Shown in pieces: positions 40,649-50,783 of a stretch of DNA of 64,000 bases. The stretch spans positions 32,001-96,000 of the forward strand of contig CALSPG010000006.1 in assembly GCA_943788175.1 (NCBI GenBank), given 5' to 3'. Within the stretch, counting starts at the first letter, position 1; every line of letters starts with the position of its first letter. Source of the DNA: an uncultured bacterium (GTDB lineage: Bacteria > Fidelibacterota > Marinisomatia > Marinisomatales > UBA1611). Under the pieces are notes generated by a model. The model saw only the letters and a program-made list of their open reading frames with translations, searched no databases and was not told the DNA's origin. The position numbers and the translations under genes are program-made.

Positions 40649-42634
40649 TTAAAATATGGCACTGTAGGAAAGTTTTAGCCCATCGTTAAATGGTTGTAAT
40701 ATTCTACAAATTCCGTTACTACAAACCAAGCCACCTTGAATAGACCCATAAAGAAATGAAATCCGCTGAGTTGATGAAAGATTATATGAAAATTCTAAAG
40801 ACACCCATTTATTCTTAGTAAATGGTGGTGGATTATTATCATTTCTCTGTCCTTTGAAATATTTTACGTCTCCATATATAAACGCTTCAAGAGGATTATA
40901 CTTTGGGTCAATAGTAATAATTTCTTGAACATTTGTCCAATCATAGTTTAGAGTAAGTGCCCACTTTGAAGCTTTACCAATTGATAATGAAAACATCCTA
41001 TTAATTTGAAAAGGTGTTTCGTTTGGGTAATTACTAGTAGTCTCATTGCTGGAGAGATTAGGATTAGTCTCATCATTTAATATCCATGTAGAATCGGCAT
41101 AATTATAGAACCCACCAGCATTTCCTTTTTTTACATTATTTTTATATCTTTCTTGATATGCAAGACCAAGTCCTATTGAATAGCCATTATTTAATGAGAG
41201 TGTAAAATCAATGGGAATTGTAAATGATTTTGATTTTTGATAAAGCATAGTCTCTATCTGATTTGTTGTGGTGTCCATGCTAACTATTTGAGAGTCTAAA
41301 TAGAACCAATCTTCTCCGTACCATATCGAATCAGTATACGTCCAATTTTCTGAAATAGTGTTAGAGAGACCTTTGAAAAACCTATTTACTTTAGTGACTT
41401 CCTCATTTGTTCCGATTGCTGTTTTGAACTGCAGTCTATTATTTAAAAGATAACCATTTAGTTCAGCATAAAACTCTAAGTAGGGTAATGCACTAAAATT
41501 AGTTGTCGGCAGGAGACCAGATATGTTTTTTCTATTCCATTCAATCGGACTTATAGATTCCCAAGTATCGTTTCTACTTAAATGAGAAAATTGTGTCACA
41601 ACTTGAAAACCATTCGACAAACCACCAGATAGCTCGACTTGATAACCGCGCTCATCATTTGCGTTAGTTTGATGAGCAGCTCTACCCAAAAAACTATGAT
41701 TTTGTTCGCGATATAGAATTGGCATAACCTGATAATCAATTCTATTACCATAATTATTTATAATATAATCAGTATCAACAGGGTTAAGTCTATCAAAACT
41801 ATACCGTTTGTATTCAAAGAACAAAGACCAGTTCCCTACATAATAATTTGAATTAAAATAAGCAGCTGAACCTCTTTTTAATGGCGTAAGTGATTCTATC
41901 TCTTGCCCTGAAAAATTAGTTTGGAAGGTTCTACTTTTTGATTGTTTGTCCATATATTCTATAAAAATATCCATATTAGACCCAAACCAAGATATATATG
42001 CCCCATGCAATCTATGATTAATATCCACAGTATCCATCACGCCAAGAGGTTTCAATTGATGAAGTTCATTTGACTGTAAAAAAGACAACCCATAACTAAA
42101 AGGGTAAGCCTCAAAATTAATGTTCGTGGCATCAATATTGTGGGTAAACTCAAACTCTGGGTGCCTCAGGTCAGCACCGAGTTGAGCATTCACAGTCTCT
42201 CCGCTCATTTGAGTCACACTAATATTGTCAGATTGATAATTAATCAGATAGCCTCTAGAACTATTGTCAAAATCAATACCCTGATCATCTAATTGGGCAA
42301 GTACTAAACCCCTTCCCCATACCTCATAAATATCACCATATTTTATTGACCATGGACCAGAACTATATTCAATTCGGTACTTTCTTAAATCTTTAATCGA
42401 AAATCCTAATTCTGGAGGATCTGAATATTCATATTGCAACCATGCCGAGAAATTGTTTTTAAAAAAATTAAGATCCATACGGTTTTCCATATAGGTAAAG
42501 TCATCATAGCTATCACCGAAATTCATGACAATACCCGCATTATAATTCCAAAAATCTAAATCAAAAACTGAGAAGGCGTCTTGTTCAGATTGAATAAGAA
42601 AAGGGAAAACAGCTAATAAAAATTTTTTGTACAT
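40649..42634 (-). CDS. DUF6029-like outer-membrane protein
   Basis: Signal peptide; GDIYEVWGRGLVL motif; C-terminal GGLVCSNGICR...GLKLSYSAIF with terminal Phe; adjacent to TlpA. Confidence 0.7.
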   Translation of the reverse strand: MYKKFLLAVFPFLIQSEQDAFSVFDLDFWNYNAGIVMNFGDSYDDFTYMENRMDLNFFKNNFSAWLQYEYSDPPELGFSIKDLRKYRIEYSSGPWSIKYGDIYEVWGRGLVLAQLDDQGIDFDNSSRGYLINYQSDNISVTQMSGETVNAQLGADLRHPEFEFTHNIDATNINFEAYPFSYGLSFLQSNELHQLKPLGVMDTVDINHRLHGAYISWFGSNMDIFIEYMDKQSKSRTFQTNFSGQEIESLTPLKRGSAAYFNSNYYVGNWSLFFEYKRYSFDRLNPVDTDYIINNYGNRIDYQVMPILYREQNHSFLGRAAHQTNANDERGYQVELSGGLSNGFQVVTQFSHLSRNDTWESISPIEWNRKNISGLLPTTNFSALPYLEFYAELNGYLLNNRLQFKTAIGTNEEVTKVNRFFKGLSNTISENWTYTDSIWYGEDWFYLDSQIVSMDTTTNQIETMLYQKSKSFTIPIDFTLSLNNGYSIGLGLAYQERYKNNVKKGNAGGFYNYADSTWILNDETNPNLSSNETTSNYPNETPFQINRMFSLSIGKASKWALTLNYDWTNVQEIITIDPKYNPLEAFIYGDVKYFKGQRNDNNPPPFTKNKWVSLEFSYNLSSTQRISFLYGSIQGGLVCSNGICRILQPFNDGLKLSYSAIF

Positions 42635-42673
42635 TGTTGTATAATGATAAAAATAAAAATTTTGTTAAAATAA

Positions 42674-43189
42674 TTAATCCTTTTTTAAGGATAATAGAAG
42701 ACTTTCAATCTGTTCTTTAATTTCTAATTCTTCTCCAGGCATATACCCTTGATGTCGCCACTTTACTGTTGCATCTTTATTAACAAGAATCAGATTTGGC
42801 ATTATTTGGCCATTTAGCTTTTTTGAGATTTGCTGATTAGGGTCTATGCTTACTAAAAAATCGTAACCCTTACTATTTATATACGCTTTGACTTTACCTA
42901 AGCTCCTTGGTGTGTCTTGGTTTATCATTACTACTGTTAAACCCTGGTTTTTGTAATCATTATGATATTTGTTTAGATGCTTCATTACTTGCTTGCAAGG
43001 TTTACACCAAGTCGCCCAAAAATCAAGCAAAACAGGACCAGTCTTTAAAAGCTTATACAATGTAGTTTTTTTCCCATTTAATAATTTTAGATCAATGTTT
43101 GGGATTTTACCAAGCGATACATTATCTTGGCTATAAATAGATATCATATTGAAAGATAAAATAAGAATTATTAATTTTATTTTCTTCAT
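42674..43189 (-). CDS. TlpA/ResA-like thiol-disulfide oxidoreductase
   Basis: Signal peptide; LLDFWATWCKPC active site; MPNLILV cis-Pro region. Confidence 0.92.
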   Translation of the reverse strand: MKKIKLIILILSFNMISIYSQDNVSLGKIPNIDLKLLNGKKTTLYKLLKTGPVLLDFWATWCKPCKQVMKHLNKYHNDYKNQGLTVVMINQDTPRSLGKVKAYINSKGYDFLVSIDPNQQISKKLNGQIMPNLILVNKDATVKWRHQGYMPGEELEIKEQIESLLLSLKKD

Positions 43190-43192
43190 ATG

Positions 43193-44503
43193 CTAAAGCA
43201 CAGGCTCCAAAAAATTTTTTAATTCATTTTCATTTATAAACTTCAAACTTACATTGCTTAGATTTTCAACATCGGACATCGGAAGAATAAATTCATATTT
43301 TGCATGAATATTTACTGTCTCCATAGCAACCTGTAAGGACCATCCCCCGACTGTAAATTGAATCATTGGTGTAAACTGGTTTTCTGGAAGGTATAATACT
43401 TTTTCGCTCTTTTTAGAGTGCCATTGCTCTTCAGGAGTATCAGCAACTATTACAATTGGAGTACCTTCTTTATTGAAAAATCTAATTACAGGAACGGTAC
43501 GATGACTGCCTGAAATGATACGATTTGTTAGCTCATCAGAAAGGTTAAATGATTCTTTGCTAAAATAAAAAATTGTAAGACTTCCATTCTGTTCAATTCC
43601 TGTATATGGAAGAGTGTTTAACATTTCCTTAATTATTTCATCTTTAAGAGAATATGTAACATGAAATTGAACAGTGATATAACTGTCATCATCTTTATGA
43701 TAGATAAAGCTGGGTTTTTTCATTTCAACATCATAAGGGTTATCTATCAATTTATTTAAAACATCTTTAAGCAATTCAGTGTTTGGTTTTAAATCAGGAT
43801 CTTCTTCTACTAACTGATTTGCAGAAAAATCCATTGTCCACTCACCACCGTTATCAAAAAGGGTTACATCATTCTTAGATGTTAAGTTTTGATTTTCTTT
43901 TAAACCTAAAAGAACATCCATAGACTCTTCAAGTTTTTTAAATTCCTGGCTCAAGTTTTTTGTTACCATTTCAGACTTAACTGTTACTGGATCACGAGTC
44001 ATAGCAGGTTTAGGATCAATAAATTTTGGTAACACTACCCCTACACTATGTTTCTTATTTGGAAGATATGAAATTATCATCGAGCGTATATTATCACTAA
44101 CCTCATTTTTCATTTTACTTATATCACTATATTCAGCAGAGATATCCTTTGACTCTATTTGATCCCAAGTTGCTAAGTCAATTAATTGGACGGATACATT
44201 AATTTTTTCTAACTGCCTTGAATATTTTCCTAGAAGTAGAAGGTTTCTTGAGGAAATAGGTTGTTTAAGCATAAGTGATCTATCGTTCATAATGACTTCA
44301 AGATCTTGCTTGTTTTGAATCAATAAACCTGGTTCATTTTTAAATTTATTACTAACCATATCAGATAACCCTGATGCAATCCATTCAATAGTCGGATCAT
44401 CTTTTAGATTATCAAAAGGTATTACATAAAAATACACTATAGGCTGCCTAGCAGCAAGCGTAGCTAAAAAAAGTAATAATGTTAGAGTTTTCCGCATCCT
44501 CAT
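43193..44503 (-). CDS. Hypothetical exported protein with TolB-N/FlgO-like N-terminal domain
   Basis: Signal peptide; VIPFDNL...EWIASGLSDMV...LLGKY...VQLID pattern; 3 bp upstream of tlpA. Confidence 0.6.
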   Translation of the reverse strand: MRMRKTLTLLLFLATLAARQPIVYFYVIPFDNLKDDPTIEWIASGLSDMVSNKFKNEPGLLIQNKQDLEVIMNDRSLMLKQPISSRNLLLLGKYSRQLEKINVSVQLIDLATWDQIESKDISAEYSDISKMKNEVSDNIRSMIISYLPNKKHSVGVVLPKFIDPKPAMTRDPVTVKSEMVTKNLSQEFKKLEESMDVLLGLKENQNLTSKNDVTLFDNGGEWTMDFSANQLVEEDPDLKPNTELLKDVLNKLIDNPYDVEMKKPSFIYHKDDDSYITVQFHVTYSLKDEIIKEMLNTLPYTGIEQNGSLTIFYFSKESFNLSDELTNRIISGSHRTVPVIRFFNKEGTPIVIVADTPEEQWHSKKSEKVLYLPENQFTPMIQFTVGGWSLQVAMETVNIHAKYEFILPMSDVENLSNVSLKFINENELKNFLEPVL

Positions 44504-44564
44504 TTATTTGTTTGTTCTCTCAATATAGTATTGTTTATACAAGAGTATCAATGTATATATTCAT

Positions 44565-46235
44565 TTAACGATTTATCTTTGCCCAGGAATCACGAAGCGA
44601 AACGGCACGATTGAAAATTAAATTTTCTTTTTTTGAATCTTTACTGTCTAAAACAAAATACCCAGTTCTTTCAAACTGATAAATGCAATTACTATCAGCA
44701 GAAGCTAAGGAAATTTCAAGTTTTGCATTTTTAATAGTTTTTAGACTTTCAACATTTAAATTTTTTACAAAGTCGCCTCCGGCTTCTGGGTTTTCATCAT
44801 TGAATAATCTATCATATAGTCGAATATCTGCCTCAATAAATTCACTTGCGCTAACCCAATGTAAGGTTCCTCTAACTTTTCTGCCATCCTCAGACATTCC
44901 ACCTTTTGTTTCCGGGTCATACGTACAATGTAATTCTACAACATTTCCATCGCTATCTTTTACCACATCATTACAAGTAATATAGTATGCAAATTTCAAC
45001 CTCACTTCCCTACCAAAACTGAGTCTAAAAAACTTTTTAGGAGGTTCTTCCATAAAATCATTTCTATCAATAAATATTTCTTTTGAAAATGCGATTTTTC
45101 GTTTACCTGCGCTTTCGTCTTCAGGATTATTTTTTGCATCTATATATTCAAGTTTATCATCAGGGTAATTCGTGATAATAATTTTTATAGGATCTAATAC
45201 TCCCATTACTCGCGGTGCTTTCTTATTAAGGTCCTCCCGAAGAGCATTTTCTAATTTAGCAACGTCGACAATTGCATCTCTTTTTGTTACTCCAATTTTA
45301 TCAGAAAAGTTTCTGATTGATTCTGGTGTATATCCTCTTCTTCTTAAACCCGAAACTGTAGGCATTCTAGGATCACTCCAGCCATCTACATGCCCCTCAT
45401 CAACAAGCCTCTTTAATTTACGTTTACTCATTATTGTAAAATTTAAGTTCAACCTCGCAAATTCAATTTGTTGAGGATGATAAACACTTAAACGATCTAA
45501 ATACCAATCATAAAGAGGACGATGATCTTCGAATTCTAAAGTGCAAACAGAATGCGTTATCTTCTCAATTGAATCCTCTAATCCATGTGCCCAGTCATAC
45601 ATAGGATATATACTCCAATTATTACCAGTCCTATGATGACTAGAATGCAGTATACGGTACATAATTGGGTCTCTCATATTCAAGTTTGAATGACGCATAT
45701 CTATCTTCGCACGAAGTGTTTTTTCACCATCTGCGAATTCACCTGCTTTCATTTTTAGGAATAATTCTATATTTTCTTTAATAGATCTCTCCCGGAAAGG
45801 ACTTTCTGAACCGGGCTTAGTTAAAGTGCCTCTCAGGTTTCTAACCTCTTCGAAGCTAAGGTCACATACAAATGCATTGCCCTGTTCAATTAGAATCAAT
45901 GCATAATTATACATTTTTTCAAAATAGTCTGAAGCAAACAACGGTTCTTTTTCCCATTGAAAACCTAGCCATTTGACATCTTCGATGATTGAATTTACAT
46001 ATTCAGAATCTTCTTTTAATGGGTTTGTATCATCGAATCGAAGGTTGCATTTACCCTGATATTTTGTTGCAAGACCAAAGTTCAGACAAATTGATTTAGC
46101 ATGCCCTATATGCAAATAGCCATTGGGTTCAGGAGGAAACCTGGTATGCACCCTATTTCCCCATTTACCAGAAGCATTGTCATCATCAATAATTTTTGTA
46201 ATAAAATTCTCTTGAATAAGTTTATCTTGGGTCAT
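44565..46235 (-). CDS. glnS: Glutamine--tRNA ligase
   Basis: [35 protein letters not shown] and FERTGYF motifs. Confidence 0.98.
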   Translation of the reverse strand: MTQDKLIQENFITKIIDDDNASGKWGNRVHTRFPPEPNGYLHIGHAKSICLNFGLATKYQGKCNLRFDDTNPLKEDSEYVNSIIEDVKWLGFQWEKEPLFASDYFEKMYNYALILIEQGNAFVCDLSFEEVRNLRGTLTKPGSESPFRERSIKENIELFLKMKAGEFADGEKTLRAKIDMRHSNLNMRDPIMYRILHSSHHRTGNNWSIYPMYDWAHGLEDSIEKITHSVCTLEFEDHRPLYDWYLDRLSVYHPQQIEFARLNLNFTIMSKRKLKRLVDEGHVDGWSDPRMPTVSGLRRRGYTPESIRNFSDKIGVTKRDAIVDVAKLENALREDLNKKAPRVMGVLDPIKIIITNYPDDKLEYIDAKNNPEDESAGKRKIAFSKEIFIDRNDFMEEPPKKFFRLSFGREVRLKFAYYITCNDVVKDSDGNVVELHCTYDPETKGGMSEDGRKVRGTLHWVSASEFIEADIRLYDRLFNDENPEAGGDFVKNLNVESLKTIKNAKLEISLASADSNCIYQFERTGYFVLDSKDSKKENLIFNRAVSLRDSWAKINR

Positions 46236-47635
46236 AATTGTTTAAACTCCAAAATATTTTCTAATCTTTTGCTGCATACTTCTTTTCCTAAAATTTCCAT
46301 AAAGTCTGGCATTGAAGGGCCAACCAGTTCACCTGCAAGTGCCAGCCTTAAAGGTTGCATCAGCCTCCCCATGCCAATCGATAACTCTTCAACGCATTGA
46401 CGAATTAAGTCATCAATTGTTTTAACATTCCATTCATCAAGTTTTTTTAATTTTGAAAGAAATTGATCTAAGATACCACTGGTATCCTCCTTCCAACATT
46501 TTTTTAATGCATTTTCATCAAAACCTGTTGGGTCTTTAAAAAAATAAGAATGGTCTTTGACGTCTGATAATGTTTTTAATCTATCTTTTATTAATTCAAT
46601 AACCTTAACTAAAAAGTCATTGTTGCGATTATAAGAAGACCAAGATGAATCAAAATCATTTATTAGCTCTAAAAGCTCTGAAGACTTTTTGGCCAGAATT
46701 TTCTGAGAACTTACCCAATCAAGTTTTGTCATATCAAATACTGCAGATTTTTTATTTACGTTTTGAATTGAAAAATTATTTATCAAATAGTTAATATCAA
46801 AAATTTCATCATTGTTACCAGGATTCCATCCTAATAGAGCTAGATAATTAATTAATGATTCAGGTAAATAGCCCATATTTTTAAATGTTTGAGTTCCTAC
46901 TGCACCATGCCGTTTGCTTAAACGTTTACCATCAGAACCAAGAATCATTGGCAAATGTCCAAATAACGGTAAATCCCATCCTAGTGCATTATAAATTAAT
47001 ATTTGTTTGGGTGTGTTCGAGATATGATCCTCACCTCTAATTACATGACTAATATTCATATCATTGTCGTCTACGACTACCGTTAAATTATATGTTGGAC
47101 TCCCATCTGACCTGGCTATAATAAAATCATCTAATTCAGATATCTTAGTTGTAATAGTTCCATATACCTCATCTTTGAAGCTAACTACACCGTCTTCTGG
47201 AACACGAAGTCTAAGAGTAAATGGTACATTATCTTTGAGCTTCTTATCAATATCCTCCTTTTTTCTATCTCTCCAAATGCCAGGGTAAAGAAATATTTTA
47301 TCATTATCTCTTAATGCTTGCAGCTCGTCATTAGTAGCAAAGCACCTATATACTTTACCACTTTTTAGGAGGGATTCGATAACCTCATTGTATCTTTTTC
47401 CTCTCGATGATTGAGCAATTGGCTCTTCATCATAGTCTAATCCAAGCCATTTTAATGATTCTAATATTTGTGCAGTATATTCTGCTTTGGATCTTTCCTT
47501 ATCGGTGTCTTCAATTCGGACTAAAAATTTGCCGTCATGTCGTTTAGCAAATAAATAGTTAAAAAGAGCGGTGCGAACTCCACCAATGTGAAGCTTTCCG
47601 GTCGGACTTGGCGCAAACCTAACGACAGGGTTCAT
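46232..47635 (-). CDS. gltX: Glutamate--tRNA ligase
   Basis: [24 protein letters not shown] and LSKRHGA motifs. Confidence 0.98.
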   Translation of the reverse strand: MNPVVRFAPSPTGKLHIGGVRTALFNYLFAKRHDGKFLVRIEDTDKERSKAEYTAQILESLKWLGLDYDEEPIAQSSRGKRYNEVIESLLKSGKVYRCFATNDELQALRDNDKIFLYPGIWRDRKKEDIDKKLKDNVPFTLRLRVPEDGVVSFKDEVYGTITTKISELDDFIIARSDGSPTYNLTVVVDDNDMNISHVIRGEDHISNTPKQILIYNALGWDLPLFGHLPMILGSDGKRLSKRHGAVGTQTFKNMGYLPESLINYLALLGWNPGNNDEIFDINYLINNFSIQNVNKKSAVFDMTKLDWVSSQKILAKKSSELLELINDFDSSWSSYNRNNDFLVKVIELIKDRLKTLSDVKDHSYFFKDPTGFDENALKKCWKEDTSGILDQFLSKLKKLDEWNVKTIDDLIRQCVEELSIGMGRLMQPLRLALAGELVGPSMPDFMEILGKEVCSKRLENILEFKQL

Positions 47636-47695
47636 AGGATTTAAAAATTATAACTTAAAAAAAAATAGGACATAGCACACAATAAATAAAGATTG

Positions 47696-47784
47696 TGGAG
47701 GGGGAGGGATTCGAACCCCCGGAGGGTATAAACCCTCGCTGGTTTTCAAGACCAGTGCATTCAGCCAGGCTCTGCCACCCCTCC
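47696..47784 (-). tRNA. tRNA-Ser (anticodon TGA)
   Basis: GGAGGGGTGGCAGAGCCTGGCTGAATGCA-CTGGT-CTTGAAA-ACCAG, long variable arm, GGTTCGAATCC; 7-bp acceptor stem. Confidence 0.97.
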
Positions 47785-47927
47785 TAATCAAATATTTCAG
47801 TTTTATTATAGATAAACTTAATTATTTATTCTTATCAGTACTTATTAATTAATAAAATTTTTACCAGCTCAAATTTGATATAATATTAATTAAATCATTT
47901 TAAAAACTACCAAAATAGGATGAAGAT

Positions 47928-48068
47928 TTATTTTTCTCCATAAAGCCCCTTAAAACCAGACTCCAAAAAAATATCAAACCAGCCAGTGTAATACATATAG
48001 ATATACAGGCTAAGTCCGAATAAAAATAAACTACTTAATAAGATGATAATAAACTTTTTCCCACTCAT
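47928..48068 (-). CDS. Possible small membrane protein (46 aa)
   Basis: MSGKKFIIILLSSLFLFGLSLYIYMYYTGWFDIFLESGFKGLYGEK*; single TM; fills an otherwise empty gap. Confidence 0.35.
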   Translation of the reverse strand: MSGKKFIIILLSSLFLFGLSLYIYMYYTGWFDIFLESGFKGLYGEK

Positions 48069-48145
48069 TTTATAAACTCAGCATCAATAAAAGAAATAGT
48101 TAATAATTAAAAGCAATAGAAATTTAACGTATTGAAAAGGCGATG

Positions 48146-50173
48146 TTATTTAAGGCCATCTCTTTTCAAAAGAGGTTCAGTTAGTGGCTCTCTACCTCTA
48201 AATGCTTTAAATAAAATCATGGGATGATCTTGATTACCCTTAGATAATATATTTTCCCGAAAAGATTCTGCCGTTTCACGATTAAAAATCCCTTCTTCTT
48301 TAAACTTCTCAAATGCATCTGCTTCGAGCACTTCAGCCCATTTATATGAATAATATCCAGCAGAGTACCCTCCTGCAAAGATATGACCAAAACTACAAGA
48401 TGTAGATGCTCCTTTAATTGGGCTGAGCAAAGAAGTTTTACTTATTGCTTTATTTTCAAAATCCTCAACATCATCAACATCATTATCCTGACCGTACCAA
48501 GCCATATCAAGGTATCCTAAAGACAATTGTCTTAAGTAAGCGGTTGCGGATAAGAAGTTTTTAGAACTTTTAATTTTCTCAATTAGATGGTCTGGAATTA
48601 ATTCACCGGTCTCATAATGGTGCGCAAAAATCTGTAGTGTTTCTTTTTCGGCAACCCAGTTTTCCATTATTTGAGATGGGAGTTCAACAAAATCCCAAAA
48701 AACAGATGTGCCACTAATTGAAGAATAATCAGAATTTGAAAGAAGACCATGCAAACAATGGCCAAATTCATGAAATATAGTTTCGACTTCCCTGAATGTG
48801 AGTAATGACGGTTTTGATGCTGTTGGTTTTGTAAGATTACATGTAAATGTTACATGTGGCCTTTCTATTTTTCCATTATGCATCCCTTGAGACCTTAGTT
48901 CATTCATCCATGCTCCAGAACGCTTTGTTTCTCTAGGAAACAAGTCTTCATAAAGTATGCCAACATGCTCTTTTTTCTCTGAAATTACTTCATAGACATT
49001 TACATCCTCATGGTATGTTTGAACATTATCCAGAAGTTTAAAATCTAAGCCATACAATTTTTTAGCCACTTCAAAAACACCATTTATCACATTTTCAGAT
49101 TTAAAATACGGCCTTAGAACATCATCATCGAAATCGTATAGTTTCTGTTTTAATTTTTCACTGTAATAAGCAAAATCCCATTTTTGAAGATTTTTTATTC
49201 CATCAAGTTCAAAAGCAATTTTTTTGACTTCCTCAAGTTCTGTTTTGGCTAATTCAAAACAAGACTCATACAAATCATTTAAAAAGTTCATGATATTATC
49301 TTGGTTTTCAGCCATACGTTTTTCCAAGATATAATCAGCAAAATTATCAAAACCCAACAAACGAGCTCTTTTATGTTTTAACTTGACAATTTTTTTAATT
49401 ATCAAAGTATTATCAAAATCATCCCCATTACACTTCCTGCTAAACGCGGACATAATTTCTTTTCTTAATTTTCTATTATCAGAAAAAGTTATAAAGGGTT
49501 GAAAGCTTGGCATCTGGAGGGTTATCAACCACTCATTTGGTTTTCCTTTATTAGTAGCTTCAGTCTTTGCAGCGTTTATAGCTATTTCAGGAAGCCCACC
49601 CAAATCCTCTTCTTTGAGCCATAACTCATATGAATTTGTCGCATTTAGATTATTATTTTGAAACTGAGGTGCTAAAGTAGATAATTCAGCATCTAGTTTT
49701 CGAAGTTTTTCCTTTTCATCTTTTCCTAGAGTTGCACCGTTTCTAATAAACTCTTTATACCATACTTCTGTAAGCTTTTTATCTTGCTTTTTTATACTTG
49801 GACTCATTTGATCGAAAACAGACTTCACCCTCTTAAAGAGTTCTCCATCGAGCATGATATCATTATTGTATTTTGCTAAGATTGGGCTTATTTGACTGGC
49901 TAGAGCTTGAAAGTCCTTATCTGATTCTGATCCAAAAAGATGAAAATATACTGTGCTTACTTTATTCAATTTTTCTGATGACATTTCTAAAGCTAATATT
50001 GTGTTCGAAAAATCTGCAGGATTAGGGTTTTCCGTTATTTTCTCAATATTCTGCACTGCTTCCTCAAGACTAAATTGTATAGCAGACATGAAGTCACTTG
50101 TTTTAATATCTTCAAAGGGAACGGTATCAAAAGGTTGTTCATTTTCTTTTAAGAGAGGGTTGTCGGCAATCAT
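48146..50173 (-). CDS. M3 family metallopeptidase (peptidyl-dipeptidase Dcp/oligopeptidase A)
   Basis: KRSGAWM, FHEFGHCLH, DFVELPSQ.MENW and GYSAGYYSYKWAEVL motifs. Confidence 0.95.
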   Translation of the reverse strand: MIADNPLLKENEQPFDTVPFEDIKTSDFMSAIQFSLEEAVQNIEKITENPNPADFSNTILALEMSSEKLNKVSTVYFHLFGSESDKDFQALASQISPILAKYNNDIMLDGELFKRVKSVFDQMSPSIKKQDKKLTEVWYKEFIRNGATLGKDEKEKLRKLDAELSTLAPQFQNNNLNATNSYELWLKEEDLGGLPEIAINAAKTEATNKGKPNEWLITLQMPSFQPFITFSDNRKLRKEIMSAFSRKCNGDDFDNTLIIKKIVKLKHKRARLLGFDNFADYILEKRMAENQDNIMNFLNDLYESCFELAKTELEEVKKIAFELDGIKNLQKWDFAYYSEKLKQKLYDFDDDVLRPYFKSENVINGVFEVAKKLYGLDFKLLDNVQTYHEDVNVYEVISEKKEHVGILYEDLFPRETKRSGAWMNELRSQGMHNGKIERPHVTFTCNLTKPTASKPSLLTFREVETIFHEFGHCLHGLLSNSDYSSISGTSVFWDFVELPSQIMENWVAEKETLQIFAHHYETGELIPDHLIEKIKSSKNFLSATAYLRQLSLGYLDMAWYGQDNDVDDVEDFENKAISKTSLLSPIKGASTSCSFGHIFAGGYSAGYYSYKWAEVLEADAFEKFKEEGIFNRETAESFRENILSKGNQDHPMILFKAFRGREPLTEPLLKRDGLK

Positions 50174-50218
50174 TTTTTTCCTTTTTTTTAAATAATTATT
50201 ATAATTCTATGTATTAAG

Positions 50219-50306
50219 TGGAGAGACAGGGATTCGAACCCTGGTTACGCTATAAACGTAAACACGCTTTCCAAGCGTGCGCCTTAAGCCACTCGGCCAC
50301 CTCTCC
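50219..50306 (-). tRNA. tRNA-Ser (anticodon GGA)
   Basis: GGAGAGGTGGCCGAGTGGCTTAAGGCG-CACGC-TTGGAAA-GCGTG, long variable arm, GGTTCGAATCCC. Confidence 0.97.
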
Positions 50307-50335
50307 AAAAAATTACTAGTAAAATTTAATATAAT

Positions 50336-50362
50336 AAAAAAACCCCAACTAAATGCTGGGGT
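50336..50362 (-). terminator. Rho-independent terminator after the DUF4295 gene
   Basis: Minus strand ACCCCAGC-ATTTA-GTTGGGGT (8-bp stem) followed by a T run. Confidence 0.75.
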
Positions 50363-50394
50363 CTTTAATCTTACTGCAAAGTTAATTTAATAGC

Positions 50395-50712
50395 TTATTC
50401 TTCTTCACCCTTAGCATCAGGGACCGTTGCGACGTCACTTTCATTATTGCTATCAGCGACATCCTCTTTCTTGTCATCCTCATTAGATACAAAACCAGAA
50501 AGATCAATATCTACAAGATTGCTCGCTTCATCCATACGCTTCAGAGCAGCATTTAAGTCTTCGCCTTCACGAACTTTAATCATTTGCTCATTAAATCTCC
50601 AGAAACCTGTTTTTTCAGATTTAACACTTTTTACATACTTAACCATTGTAGCATCAGCATCTCCGCCTCTACCACTTGCCTTATCAGCAAAACTCTTTTG
50701 TTTTTTAGCCAT
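50395..50712 (-). CDS. DUF4295 family protein (bL38-like) with acidic C-terminal extension
   Basis: MAKKQ...VKYVKSVKSEKTGFWRFNE resembles the Bacteroidetes DUF4295 pattern MAKK...IKMVKSPKTGAY.F.E. Confidence 0.7.
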   Translation of the reverse strand: MAKKQKSFADKASGRGGDADATMVKYVKSVKSEKTGFWRFNEQMIKVREGEDLNAALKRMDEASNLVDIDLSGFVSNEDDKKEDVADSNNESDVATVPDAKGEEE

Positions 50713-50742
50713 TTTATTATTATCCTAAAATTTTTACGCTGA

Positions 50743-50750
50743 CAAATTTA
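50743..50750 (-). promoter_or_regulatory. Possible Bacteroidetes-type promoter (TAAATTTG, with TTG 20 nt upstream)
   Basis: Exact TAnnTTTG about 30 nt upstream of the DUF4295 start; TTG at 50771-50773 on the minus strand. Confidence 0.35.
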
Positions 50751-50783
50751 ATTCTTAAATGTAGGAAGTCCAATGGGTTAGAA

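Noticed and set aside
47696-47784. tRNA with 'TGA' anticodon as a possible tRNA-Sec or opal suppressor for the in-frame TGA
   Set aside because: Anticodon UGA reads Ser UCA codons. tRNA-Sec needs anticodon UCA and an 8-bp acceptor stem, whereas this tRNA has a normal 7-bp stem. No sel genes are in the window.
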